DNA of 64,000 nucleotides from Cenococcum geophilum (Eukaryota). Positions within the stretch are counted from its first letter, which is position 1. Each line of letters opens with the position of its first letter. The DNA lies in NCBI GenBank assembly GCA_050273025.1, contig CP158636.1:8928001-8992000 (forward strand). The letters are read 5' to 3'. Of this stretch, positions 12,346 to 27,321 are shown piece after piece. The position numbers and the translations under genes were made by a program. Under the pieces are notes generated by a model. It ran no database searches and was not told where the DNA came from. It saw nothing but the letters and a program-made list of their open reading frames with translations.

Positions 12346-15300
12346 TTAATATATAGTAAATAATCTTTAAAGAGGATAGATTTAGCCCTTTATAAGCCTA
12401 GTAGGGGCACTAATTATATTTATACCTAAGAAGGATAAAACCCTTCGCCTCTATATTAACTATTAGGCGCTAAATAAGATTACTATAAAGAATTGCTACT
12501 TATTACCCTTAATAGGGGAGCTTATTAATAGGCTATTAGGCGTAAAAATATTTATAAAATTAGATCTAAAAGATATATACTATTAAATCCAAATTAAAGC
12601 CGGCGATAAGTAGAAAACGGCGTTCTAAATATAATACGGCCACTTTAAGTACCTAGTAATACTATTTGGGCTTACTAACACACTAGCGATATTTCAGGCC
12701 TATATTAATAAGGTATTACTAGGCCCATCAGATACAATATATATAGTCCACTTTAATAACATTATAGTCTACTCTAATAACTATAAAGTATATACGTACT
12801 ACGTACGAATAGTACTAGAAAGACTATAGGAATATAAGCTCTATATAAACCAAAAAAGTACACATTTTATACTACTAGTATTAATTTTTTAAGCTTTATT
12901 ATTAGTATTAATGGAGTATTAATAAGGAAAAGTTGGGTAGACGCTATTAGGGAATAGCCCTACCTTATAATATTTAGAGAAGTGTAGGTTTTTTTAGGTA
13001 TAGTGAACTTCTACTAAACGTTTATTATTTACTATTTATAAGTAATACTCCTAATTACTAATCTACTAAAAGGATCTAAGAATAGTAAGAAGTTAGGCCC
13101 CTCTATATTTAAGGAAGCTACTAAGTAGGCTATAAACTAGTTAAAGAATTTGTTTATATCGGCGCCTATCCTAATATACTTCTACTAAAAGCTATATATA
13201 TACCTTAAAACGAATATATCCAGCTTTACCCTAGGGGTAATTATATCTTAATTAAAAGACGGAGAATGGCGTCCTATAGCGTTTTAGTTAAGGAAAATGA
13301 CCCCTATAAAATAGCGTTATATAACGCATAACTAGAAGCTACTTATAATAGTTATAGTAATAAAGCACTGGCGGCATTATTGTATAGGAAGCAATTACCC
13401 TATTAATGTCCTTATAGATTATAACAACCTAAAATACTTTATAATTATAAAGGTATTAAGTAGTTAATAAGCTAGATAGGCAGAGGTACTATTATAGTAT
13501 AACTTTAAAATTACGTACTGCCTATGAAAGATAAATCCCGCTAATAGGTTATTAAGATGTCTAGATTATAAGATAGAAAGGATCTAGGATAGTATAGGGG
13601 AAATAATCCCTATATTGTAAAATTTGCTTAGGAAAGAAAACTCTTTTTCTAAAACTATAGAATTTTATAATAGAGTAGAGGTCCTAGTAATATAGCTATA
13701 AAGCGCCATAATTATAGAGCCGTAGGATATAGTTATGGACTAGGTTATAGGCCATGCAGATATTATAAAGTTAGCGTACCCTAGAATTAGTGAGAATTCT
13801 ATAAAATGTGCTAAGGGTATTACGGCACCTTTAACTTAATAGCGTATTAGCTATAAATATCTAAATCTAAGGAGAATAGGTAAGATATCTATCTATAGCG
13901 TGGTATACTATATAATAGTAGAAGAATATACTAGCACTAATAGTTTAAAACGTCTTATACTACGCCTTATGTTTATAATAGCGGTAGGCAAAATAGAAGT
14001 AAGTAATCTATATAAAATATTTTTAAATCTTCTCCTTTAAGCATAATACAGGGACGCCTTTATTTTTAGGGAGAGGTAGAAAAATATAGTAGAGACTAAC
14101 TTAGCTAAAGTTACTAAAAAGCTGTAGTAGTAAGACTAAAAGGGTTTGTTATACTTTAAGGGTACTATATATATCCTAAAGGACTAAGCGGTTTAAGATA
14201 AAATTCTAAAGGTCTTTTATAATAACCCTCTTAGGGGTTACTACGGTGCTAATAGAACCCTTAAGGCCGTTTAAAGGAAATACTTTTAAAATAGAATATC
14301 TAAAGTAGCTAAGGACTATATATTAAGATATAATATATACTAAAGGGTATAGATATTTAGACATCACCTATATAGTAAGTTATTAGTGCTTTTTATTCCG
14401 CAGAGACCTATATTAGAATTAATAATAGATTTTATAATAGGCTTACCCCCTACTAAAATAAGAACGGGAGAGGTTACTAATACTATTCTAGTAATCGTTA
14501 ATAGATATACAGGGTTTTTGGGGTACTTTACTATTATAATAATAATTACGGCAGCAGAATTAGTAAACCTATTTTTAAAATAGTAGCTCTTATTTAGTAC
14601 GCTAAGGGGAATTATATTTAATAGAGGTACCGTATTTAATAGCGTATTCTAGTCTTTATTCTATCTCTTATTAAAAATACGGTAAAGGATAAGTACTGCC
14701 TTTTACCTATAAATAAATGGGCTAATAAAGCGTCTAAATGTATTATTAGAACACTACCTCTACTGCTATATTAATTATTAACAAGATAGTTAGATATTGT
14801 AGTTAGCTTTAGCGCAATATATATATAATATAAGCATCTATAGTAGTATAAAAATAACCCCTTATAAAGCATTATATAGGGTAAAAGCAAATAACCTATA
14901 AAACGTTAAGGACATCGTTCCTAAAAGGGGGCACTAGTATATCTAAAAGAATTAAGCAAATAAGAATTCGTAGAAAAGAACTTAAAAAGTACTTACTAGA
15001 CGCCTAGGCCGTATAAAAAAGGTACTATAACGAAAAATATATACTAAAAGAATTTAAGATAGGAGATAAAGTCTTACTATTTATAAAAAATATCTAAATA
15101 AAACGTATTAAGAAGAAGCTAGATTACTAGTAGCTCGGACCCTTTAAAATAGTTAGGAAAACTAAAGAAAATTAAGCCTATAAATTAGAACTATCGAAAT
15201 TATATTTAATATATTCTATATTTTATATTTCCTTACTAAAGCTATACTAAAGAAGAGATGGTATAGAACTATTACTACCTAGCGAAATTAATAGGGAACT

Positions 15301-15462
15301 AAAATAGAATATAGAAGATATTTTAGACTAAAGATAGTGCTAAAAAAAAGCGCGAATATTTAGTTTATTAAGAAGGATACTTTTAAGCGTATAATAATTA
15401 GGAACCTAAGAAGTACCTTTAGCCGGGATATAATACGGCAATTAAAACCTTCCTAAGGACTA
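12346..15462 (+). pseudogene. Gypsy B RT, RNase H, integrase and chromodomain
   Basis: PKKDKTLRL, FIKLDLKD, PFGLTN, LETDAS-like, DFIIGLP, TAFHPQTDG-like, LGPF, EYLV.WEGY...WEP. Confidence 0.9.
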
Positions 15463-18400
15463 TATTAGCGACTTAGTTAATTAAAATATAGGCACAGTAA
15501 AAGGGACGTGCAAGCCTATATGATTGGATTGTCTATAAACGAAAATATAAAGCTAAGAAAAGGAAAGGAGAAGAAGAGCAGCGCCATTTAGTGTTTTATA
15601 AGATCTTTACGTTACGTAACCGCAATATACGGCAATCTATAGCAACTTACCGGTGCAAAGTTCTACCAAGTTCTGTTAGTGCCGTAATATTACCACCCCC
15701 TCTAAAAAAGCCTACCCTTAGGCTTTATTGCTAAAAGTCTTAGCAAGAGAATCTAACTAATTAGATAACTTTAACCGCCGGTTAAAGTTCCTAAATATCT
15801 TAAGATCTTATATAACTAAGAAATTTCTAGGGTGTTTTTGTCCTTATATTCTTCTAGTAGCTTATTATCTTTATTATGCTAGCATTCTATCTACTTATCT
15901 AGGTACTTTAGCGGTCTAGGTTTATTAGGGTAACAGCTATAAAACTTTTAAAGCTTATAGGGACTACTTATAAAGTTCTATATAGGGTACTAAGTAAAGT
16001 TTAGGTTATATCCTTTCTAACTAATATAATACTTTAACGTTCCCTTTACAAGTTTATAGGCTAGTATTTCTTTAATTTCCCATTTATTATCGCTATTAAC
16101 TTAAATTAGTAAGGGAGATTTATTCTTTTATCTAGGCAGTAGGTTATTTATAGCTTTCTATAGCTTATCCAGTAAGAAGATAGGGTAAACTTTAATTAAG
16201 TCTGGGAGCTTAACCTTATATAAATTACCTACTTTATTAAGAATCTTATACGGTCCTACTATTTTATAGTCTAGCTTATAGCTAGGCCATTCTATCTTCT
16301 AGTTCTTTGTTATAATCTAAACTATATCACCTACTATTTTATTAATTTTTAGGCCTTTTTTAGGTTTATACAGGTTACTTTCTAGGCTTCTTTTAAGCGC
16401 TTAGCGTACTACTAGGCTTCCTTATAAGATAGTTTTTCGTATATAGTCTAGGGCCCTTTTAGTCTTTCCTAATTAAAGCTTATATAGGGTAGGTAATCCA
16501 TTTCTAGTTAAATAGGGGCAAATCCGGTAGAGTTATGGGGTAGGGTTACTTAGGCGTGGTCTATTAAAGGCAATAGTTTAGCCTAGTTATCCTAGAAGTA
16601 GTTAATAAAAGGCCAAAGTCTCTAGTCTAAGTATTAATTTATAATCTCCGTTTAACTATCTATTTAAAAGTAATATACTATAGAAAGCTTTAGCTTAATA
16701 CCTAGGATTTAGGTAAACTTATTCTAAAAGGCTAATATAAACTGCGGCCTGCGGTTAGATATAATAGTATTTAATAGTCCGTAAATTTAGTAGACGTAGT
16801 AAATATATAGTTAGGCCGCCTCTTTAGCATTAATATTTTTATAATAGGGAATTAAAAACGGGCGCTTGCTAAAGCGGTTAACTAGGATTATAACTATATT
16901 ATATCTATTATGGTCTAGAGGTAGCTTATAAAAGTCTATAGAGATATATTACTAGGGGCGGTTAGGTATTGGGAGGGGTTTTAATAGTCCTAGGGTTTTG
17001 TCTCGTGGAATTATAGACCTATAGTAGTTATTGCAGTTCCGTATATAGTGGTTAATATCTATAATTATTCTAGGCTAGTAGTAGCGGTTGCTAATAATCC
17101 TATAGGTCTTATTTTTTTTAGGGTAGGCCGTAGAGACCTAGGTATATACTTTAGCAATAAGCTAAGTCTATAAGTTCTGTTCCTCTACTACCACTAGCCA
17201 TTTACGGTGCTTAAGTAGTCTACTTTTAAGGGACTATAGGCTAGAAACATTCTTTGCCTTTTTACGGTACTCCTGTAGAAAAGGGGCCGTATAGTTTACC
17301 TATAGTAGTTTATTAATAAGGTCTAGTTCTATAGAGTTAATAGAATATATCTTAGTATCTAAAGAGTCTATATTTAGTTCTACCTATATTTAAAAGTTAA
17401 GGTACTCTAGTTATAGTAGCGCTTAGGTCTATAATATGATCTTTACAGCTATCTAGCTATTTATATCCTATTTACGCCTTATAAGAGCGTCCACACGGTT
17501 AGTGGCGCCTAGCCTATATATAATTAGGAAGTTAAACTAAGATAGGGTATCCGCCTAGCGCGCCTATTAGGCCGTAAGGGCCTTTATTATTATAAAATAT
17601 TCTAAGGCCTTATAATTAGAAACTACCTAAATAGACTTAAGGGTGCCTTCTAGTTAGGCTCGCCAGTGCTAAAAGCTAGAGATAATAGCCAGCATTTCTT
17701 TGTCGTAAATTAGGTAATTTAGTTTAGTATCTACTATAGTCTTTAAATAGTAAGTAATAAAGTACCATTCTCCGTCTGTTTACTTTTAAGAGTAAACGCT
17801 AGCTATAATACTATTTAAGGCATCGGTTTCTAGTATTAAGGGCCGTTTTAGGTTAAAGTGGGCAAGTAAGGGAGCAGAGACTAGTCGTTTCTTAAGCTTA
17901 TTAAAGGCCTACCTATATACGGTGTTAAAGTAAAAGAGCCGGTCCTTATAGGTAAGTAGGCTTAGTGGCTAGGTAATTCTACTATAGTTCTTAATAAAGC
18001 GTTAGTAGAAGTTATAGAACCCTAAGAATAACTATACCCCCTTTATAGCCCTTGGGGGTACCTATTAGTTAATTATAGCCGTCTTTTTTAGGTCTACCTT
18101 AATCCTATTTATACTAATAATAAACCCTAAATACTTTATACACTTAACACAAAATTTTAACTTCTTAATATTGGCTTAGAGGCTAGCTTCCTAAAGCCAT
18201 TATAGGACTCTATAGATATGCTCTTTATATTCCAGTTTATTTTTAGAGTGAATTATAATATTATCCAGGTATGCTATATAGAAGTTGTTAAGGTAGTTAA
18301 ATAGTACATTATTTATATATCGTTGGTATATAGCTAGTCCGTTAGTTAGTTTAAAAGGCAGTACTTTATATTTATATATTCCGTAACGGGTCTAAAACGT

Positions 18401-21400
18401 AATAAAGTTTTCTAATTTAGGGTTTATCCTAATTTAGTAAAAAGCTTAGCGGATATTAAGCTTTATAAAGATTTTAGCTCTACTTATTCAGGCTAAAGTC
18501 TTATTAAGTAAAGGTAGTGGGTAGCGGTCTTTAAGGGTTAAATTATTAAGCTTATGGTAGTTAATGCAGAAATAAAGTCCTCTATTTAGCTTTTTAGTAA
18601 AAAGAATAGGTAAGTTAAAAGGGGCTTAACTAGGCTTAATAAAGCCCTTATCCAGGTTATTAATAAGATACTGCTTTATAGCCTATAATTTGGCGGTAAA
18701 TTACTATTAGAGGGGGCTATAGCTAAGGGTAACTACCTTATCCGGCTTAATTTTAATCTTATAGTTGTATGGTCGGTAAGGCGAGAGTACATTAGACGCT
18801 ACTTTAGAGAAGGTATTTTTAAATTTCTAGTATTAATAGGGTAGTTTCTGTTCTACTAGCTTCTTATCTATAAGCTTACCTTTTTCTTAGGCTAGGACTT
18901 CTTTCTCTTTATTTATTTAATTAATTTTATATAAGCTAGTTACAAAGGTAATAGTATTAGGCTAAACTAGGTTTTAGTAGAATCCTATAGCGCTAATATA
19001 GCAAATATTAACTAGTAGGAGGTCCGTAGGTTTCTTTACGGATATTTATTAGGCCGTATTTGCGGTATAGGGTTTATAGTCTTCCTTAGCTTATATTCCA
19101 TTTTCTATAAGTTATCCTTCTAGTATATTAGTTTAGTATGTCATCTAATATCCCTAGCCTCCCTTTATGGCTGTATAGGGCCTAAGTTCTCTATTAGGGA
19201 CTTAGCTAGGCTATTACTAACTTCCTAAGTCTTTAGTGCGGGTGGTGTAATATAGGTAGTTTAGGGACGGCGTAGTATACGGATCCGTTGCAGATTAAGC
19301 TATATATCCTTCTTAAAAGCCTAGTCCCTACGCGTTACATTAGCTTAGTAAACGGTGTTTATCTACGGCCGTATAAGGTTTTTTATTATAATACTAATCT
19401 CTTTTATAAAGGAAGGTGTTAGGGGTATAGTTTTAGGCTAGATAAGCTGCCTATTCTATATATTAAGCTATAAGCCTAAATAGGCTAGCTATTTTCTCTC
19501 TAAGATTATATTATAGCTTTTAAGGTCCGTAATAAGGAAGGGGATATTATACTACCTTTATTTGTTAACGTGGAGGTAGATCCGCAAGATAGTTATAATA
19601 GGTGGCCCTATTTGCCCGTTATAACCGCGAATAGGGATTAGTTTAGGCAGTTCTTTAAGGGGTGTATTTAAAAAGTTAGCCAGTTTTATAGCGCACTTTA
19701 TATTAATTAAGGTAAAGGTATTTATTTCTAAGTTAGCTAAAGCAGAGGTTAAAACTTAATATTTATTATAAAATAAAGTATAAGAGATAGTGTAGCTTCT
19801 TTTACTAACTAGCTAACCTAAATTGATATATAATATATCGATCCCTTTTAACCCTAGAAAGGAGTCTTCCTCTAAAGTTCCTCTTTTTCTAGCTCTATAC
19901 TATCCTCCTAAATTAATAGGACCTTATTTATCTTTGCCTTTATTAGGCAGTTCCTTATAGGGTAGCCTATTTAACCATATAAGAAGTAAGCTCTTTAATT
20001 ACTAAGGGCTTATATACGGGGGTCGCTATATATAGGCTGGGTATACACTAGGCCCATAGTAGGGGTAGCTATACAGCTAGCTACTAAGTTAACTATAGGA
20101 GTTGCTAATTATACCAGGGCAGTATAGGCCGTACTTATAGTACTTATAGCCTAGTTTATAAGGTTTCTAGTTTTTAGCTAATTAGCGCGTGCCTTAATTT
20201 AATAGAGGCCTTAGTTAATAGCTAGGCAATAGTCCATAAGTTCCTTTAATGTCTATACTATAGTATAAGCTAGTAATACGGCCCGCTATAGGTCTAGGGT
20301 AAACTTATTAAAGAGGTCTAGTAGTAAGTCTTTCTAGGGGATCTAGGCCTATCCGGCTAGGTATAAAAAGTAGGTTTAGAAGGCTGAAAAGGTCTCTATT
20401 ATTTTTATATTTAGGCTTTTATAGCTAAGGCGGGCGTTTTATACTTTAAAAGGGTCTTTATAAATAAAAGATAAGTATTTAATTATTTCTTCTTTAGAGA
20501 TAAAGGGGTTTATTAAATCTTTAGTATATTATGGGCGTAAATGCGTCTAAGTGTCTCCGCTAGTACAGCCGAAGATATAGGCTATTTTAGCTTAGGCGTT
20601 AGGGAAGTAGTTTATATTAACTTTAAGCTTATCCTATAATTAAAGCTTCCAATTATTAAATATAGGGTTAGTTCCGTTTGTAAGTAGCGGGGGATCCACA
20701 ACCTTTACTAACCGCTTTAGTACTATATAGGCCTTAGTTGATCTACTAAGGCGCTAAAATAGGGCCTAAAGGATTATAGTAAGTCTTTAGTTGTTTAATA
20801 ATAACTTATTATTAGATATAGGGGTATCTCTAGCTTTAAGCAGCTCTTATAGTTGTTTAATTTTAGTATTAATAGCCGTAAGCTCCGCCTAGGGGGTTAA
20901 AACGTTAATTATTTCTTCGTCTAAATATAAGGTAAGGATATAGATAGGGAGTCTAATGGTAGAACAATAGGTATATTATATAGACAGAGACGAATCCTTA
21001 AGGGAAAAGGAGGAGTCTGTGTGCGAGGTAGGAAGGATTTTCCCTAGGTATATGTAGAGCACATGCCTTACGGGTAAGTCACCCCTAGGTTACCCTAGGG
21101 TCGCCTATACCTTGCGGCTATATAACTATCTACTTAGGTTTTACCTAATAATGCCCCCCCCCTTTAAAAAGGGTCGTCCCCAATCCTTTATATGCTTAAG
21201 CCTTAATAAAACCCCATAAAAAACCTTAGTAAGGAAAAAATTTAGAGGGGAAAGAGCGTTTTAATTTTGTGTATAGAGGGACGGGTAGTATATATACGCG
21301 GCGCGAAGATGTTAAGGAACTTTAACTAGCGGTTAAAGTTGTCTAATTAGTTAGATTTACCTTACTAAGACTCCCCCGCATTTAACTAAGCTAGTAGCGA

Positions 21401-24400
21401 TTTTATATACCCGGTATAGAAAATCCTAATTAGTCTATTTAATAGGTAGAGCTAGTGGAGCTTAATACCGTCGCCTAAATTTAGTAGACTAGAAGTATTC
21501 TAAAAGCTCGCTTATATAGATAGGTCGCTAGTACCTCGCGGGTTAATTATAGGTTATTTATATACAGCCAGATTTATAAATAGTAAGGCTATATACCTAT
21601 TAAACCCACCGCTAACTCTGCTTTAGCCTTACGCTATATCGGCGTAGCGCTATATATACTTCGTGGGTAGGTTATAGGTTACTTACGTATAGCTAGGTTT
21701 AGGATAGTAAGGCTATATATTCGTTAAATCCGCCGCTAACCTATACTTTAGCCTTACGCGTTATCTGTATAGTATATATATAGAATAGTATAAGTTATTA
21801 GTATAGGTTACTACCAGTGGGTTACTAGTGAGTTATAGACCTTAGTTAAATAAACCCTAGTTATAAACAGGCCTATTTTCTAATATATAAGTAATCTACT
21901 TAGCTAGTATAGAGTAACGGATTAGGTTTAGGAAGGGTACTTTCTAAATTAAGCTTCGTTGCTAGTATATGCTATAACCTCGCCTATAAGTTACTAGTAT
22001 TACTAGGTTGCGTTAAAGTGTAGCTTATATAGGATATTAATAAATTAAAACTTTACCCCGTATATATGCCGCAGTTCTTATAGCAATCGTTGCTTATTCT
22101 TTAATCCCTTAGGATGTCCTCTACTCCGCTTTAATACAGGTTATATTTTAACAGCGGCGCTTACTTTTCGCCTACGCTTTAGCTATAAGGCTTAGGTATC
22201 CCACTTACGGTACTTATTTAGTAGTTATTAACAATTCTTAAGTTCTATCTTATATTTCTATTTATTATACTTATTTAGCTATCCTAGCTATTTAATAAGG
22301 TACTGTAGTTATCTAGCACAATCCTAGTAGGCGATAATTACTTTAACTTCCTAGCTACCTTCCTTAAGCTCTTTTACTGCCAGGGGTTAAAACCTAGGGC
22401 GTAACCTATAAGGCTTTAGTAGGGAGATATAAAAGACTAGGTGGAGCTATACTATAGTAGGTAGAAGCTCTAGCTTATATACTTACTGCTCTATACGCTT
22501 TAGGATCTAAAACAGTCCTATAAACTTATAGTTAAGCTTTTTATAGGGACGTTTTGTGTGGATATTCTTAGAGGAAAGCAGGACTCGTTTACTAACGGCG
22601 AAATGCTTAGCCAGATGGTAACGATTGTAGTATTTTACCTAAAGCTATTAGGCGTGCATTATTAACGCCGCTACTGCTTTATATATAAGGCACAGGCGTT
22701 ATAAATACATCTCTACAAGTTTAACATTTATTGACTTAAACCCCTCCCTACCTTACTAGGCGTCTTAAACGCCGTCCAGGACTCTGTCTAAGACGTTTAG
22801 TAGCTAGCTATAGGCGAGCTTAATAGAGGAACGCTTTATTATAATATAGACCTTAGAGTTATAGGCAAAGGCCGCTTTTTTAAGTAGGGAGGCCTAATTA
22901 GACTATTCCTAGTTCGTAAATATGCGTAGGTATACCTTAAGCTCCTAGTTTTAACGCTCTGTCTAACTATCTATTTATAGGTAAAATGCGGTGCTAAGTT
23001 TACGTTAAACGTAGAGATGGTAGTATATAGTACTCTAGTACTCGCTTATAAATATACTACCCCTATTAGAGACAATATTATCTAGAGGCCCTATTTATAT
23101 AAAGACTCTAAATAAGAGTTCTGCGAGTTGCGTAGTATTAATTATCTTATATACTAAATAGTAGCGTATTAGCTTCGTAAAAACGGTCTATAAGAACAAA
23201 GATGGAGTTATACTCTACGCCGTTAGGAGTCTTAAACTCTAGGAAATCTATAATAAAGTTAAGTAAATAATGCTACTAGGCTCGGGTGGGGGCCTAGAGA
23301 GGCTGCAGCTTACTATAGGGTTTATAGCGGCGCGATTTAGAGCGTTAGTAAGTATTATAATTATCTAGGCATTTATAGAGGTCCTAGGTAAGGCCGTTCT
23401 AAGTAAACTTCTATGCAATTACCTTAAAAGTACGGTTAAAACTATGGTAGCCGCCTATGGGATCGTTATAATTCCGCTTAAGGATCTCCTATTATAATAA
23501 TGTGCAATTTAGCACCTAGACCTTATTGTTTTACCTTAGAAGTCCTTAATTATTAAGGGTATAGTCCTTATTACTAGTAGGAACTTGTCCCTAAGTTAAC
23601 TAATTATATATAGAGCATATAAAGGCGTCTCTTTTTTATACTCTATGGATAAAATTAACTAGTAACCTAGGGGGTTATTCTATAAACGCCGTTTTAGCTA
23701 AAGCAGCTACTACTACCTCTTACTATGGCACGAGACTTTATATAAAGTTAGTGCTAGCGAAGTAACGTGCGATATATAGGTAACTCGCTAGGTTATTATA
23801 GGGGACCGTAGCCTAGACTAAGGGGTCTTCCCTAGGGTTAAGCGCCATTAGGTTAATTAAAGTAGTCTTAAAGAGAATAGTAGGACGCTCTAGTCCGCCG
23901 GCGCTAAGTTTATAAAAGTTGCTTATATACTGCACGCATACTACTTACTAGTTTAGTATAGTAGTACTAGGGCCGCCTATAAGGCCTATAACCCACAACT
24001 TTTGCTATAATATAGGTAGTATAGCATTAAGGATTATCCTTTTACTGCTATTTTTAAAGCCTTTAGTATAATCCGGGCGCTAGGATAGTGCGTTAATAGG
24101 ATTTATCTTACCTAGCTTATATTTAATCTTAAAATTAAACTTAGCTAGTTTTTTAGCATACTAGGCCTAGTAAGTAGATAAGCTCTTAATAGTTATAAAG
24201 TACCTAAGATTATTATAATTATAGAGCATGCGCGTTATATACGCGGCGTATTTAAGGTAATAGTGCCACATCTTAAAGCATTACACTATAGCGAGTAGTT
24301 CTTTATTATGTATATTATATTATACTTTTAGGCTAGTAAGCTTCTAACTACAATAAGTAATTAGGTACTAGTAGAGTTAATCTTCTTACCCTAAAGGCTG

Positions 24401-27321
24401 TAGAAGTATACCGCTATAGGCATAGTTAGAAGCGTTAGTAATTACTATTAGGGGTAGATTAGGGTTAAAGTGGCGAAGTAGAGAAGCCTATATAAACGCA
24501 GCGCGTAGCTTATAAAACGCCTACTACGCGTTATTAGGCTAGGACTAAGGTTAATACTATTTAGTAGGCCCTTTTAACTTACGCTTCTTCTTCTTCTCCC
24601 TATTTAACGTTAGGTCGCAATATACCTATGCAAGATATATATATAGGGGGTATACGGTATCTAAGTAGTTCCAGATAAATCGCCTATAAAAGTTAGTAAA
24701 GCTAAAGAAGACCTAGATATCCCTATAGAATTTAGGCTTAGGCCATTTCTTAATAGCTTTTACGCGGTTAGGGTCCATTATAATACCCCTAGGGGTAATA
24801 ATAAAGCCTAGGAACTTAATGTTCTTAATATAAAAGATATATTTTAATAGTTTAGCGTATAGGCCCTAAGCGCGGAGCTGTCGTAGTACCTACTTAACGT
24901 ACTTAACATACTTATCCTTGTTATTTAAGTAGATGGGAATATTATCTAGGTAAACTACGTAGATAGTATCTACTAGGGTTTCTAAAGCTTTATAAATATA
25001 GCTCTAAAAAGTTATAAGGGTGTTAGTAAGACTAAAGGGCATTACTAAGTACTTAAAGTAACTATAGCGTATCTTAAATACGGTCTTCCATTTATCTCCC
25101 TTTTTAATATAAATCCTATAGTATGCATTACAAAGATCTAGCTTTATAAATATCTTCGTATAGCTAAGCCTATTAAAGAGCTCGCCAACTAGCGATAGGG
25201 GGTACTGATTTTTAATCGTGATCTTATTTAGGCGTCTATAGTTAACGTATAGCCATATTATACTGTCTACTTTTAGTATAAAGAGGATAGGCGCTTTAGT
25301 AGGCAACTTACTAGGCCTAATCTAGCCCTTTTTAAAAGCACTATCTAGGTACTCTTATAAGATCTATAACTCTTTCTATAAGAGGTTATAGAGGGGCATT
25401 TATAGTAGCGTTTTACCTTCTTCTAAGTTAATTGCATAGTTATACTTAGAGTTCTATAATAGTATACTTACTAACTCGTTAAAGAAGATATTAATTTCCT
25501 CCTTATATATATCTGGCAGGCCAGGGGCTACGGAGGTCAAAGTAACTATTACGTGGTAGTATGCTTCCGAGAGCTAGTAAAGAGAAGGGTGCGGCTAATA
25601 TGCGTTTTGTAGGTATGCTTGCATTAGGAGTATATATAGCTCAACTATAGTATACTTAATAGTTTTAGGGTTTTAATTACCTCCCCCTTACGTATAGGTA
25701 ATCTGCGCTAGCACTGTAGGGTCTCTATAGGTACTCGCTGCTAGTAACGGCAGGTTCTCTACTATAGTTATAACTGGTGTCTCTATATCCGGAGGGTCTA
25801 CATAGGTACTCGCTGCCAGTAATAATAGGTCCTCTATTATATTTATAACTAACGTAAAAAAGGAGTCTTCTGGCTATAGTAAATAGACTATTTCGCCAGC
25901 CTTAATATCTGCTAGGAGAGTGTTAAGGGTAACTATTTAAAGGCGTTTAGGGTCTAAAGTACCCTAGATAAACTGTTTAGAATAAAAGCTAATTAATAAA
26001 TCTGCTTTTACGAGCCAATTCTATTTAAGAACTATATTATAACTATTAAATAAGCCGCCCTAAAAGGTCTGTAGGCTAATAGTGTAAGAGGTACCCTAGA
26101 AGTCGCTAGTGGTAACCGTTAGATTATAAGCATCCTAGATTATTATTTGGTCACTATTAAGGAAACGTATAATAGGTTTACGTAAATATAGCGCGTAGCG
26201 TATAGGTAGGTTAAACCTATAAATGACATTTTAATTAATAAGGTTAATTTAGTACCTATTATTATATAAAGCACGTAGGTGGGCTTCGCCCTAGGGCGTA
26301 TCTATTACAACGTATACTATAATACGTTTCTTTTCTCCCTCTATATTAGGCCCTAGTTATAGTTAAGAAAGATACGCTATTAGGGCTTTAGGTTTTCTAA
26401 AGGCTAAGCTAACTTCTCTTTATTAGCCTACTTCTAGTATTCCTTATAGTAGCTGCCTACGGTTCTTTAACTCGCCTATATAGCACTAGCGTCTAGGGGG
26501 TCCCTTAAGCTATCTAGCTTTTAGGTAGTCTCCCTAGGGGTTTACTTAAAAAAGCGTTACCCTTTTTAAGTTTTATTCCCTAAGCCTAACTCTATAGAGC
26601 CTATACTGCGACCGCGCTTTATACGCGATAATTTACCGCTACTACTTACGCGATTTTCCGTAAGCTTTATAGTATTAAGCAATTACTCTATATAGCGGAT
26701 TTCGTTAAAAAGGTCTTTAGCGGTTCTTACCTATTAGGCGAAGTTCTGGCGGAAGAGCTTTGCTTATAAGTAGGCTGGGAGATATAAGAACTAAAAGTCT
26801 ACCTATTATTTAGGATTAATAAAAGGGGTATATAAGAAGAGGTCCTCTAAGCTATGTATATAGGCTAGGAAGACGTTAAACCTCTAGTTCTCCTTTATAA
26901 TAGCCGTACAGTATATTATAGCGTTATTAAAGTGTCTTACTATAGGGTTCCTAATCTAGTCTTAGACTATAGTCTTAAATTTATCCTATAGTAAAGGACC
27001 CTTATCCTTAGTGCCTAACCGGCAATAAACTAGTTAGGTAATTGTCTTCTCTTTTATAAGACCTTTAATGGCCTAGCGCGTACGTCGCTTACAGTTATAG
27101 TTAGCGTTATTGACCTTAAATTAGTTCTTAACTACGGCAATCCACCAGTTAAAATGCTATTAAGTAGTACCGCTAATATTGGGTAGTAACTTCTTAACTA
27201 GGGCATTAAGATTTATTTAGCGTATACGTTCGTTACGTAACTTATACTCTTTATTAAAGAGGCAACGGGAGGGCTTTATTAAATTAATAATGCTCTATAA
27301 GTTGGCTATTTTCTTAGCTAG

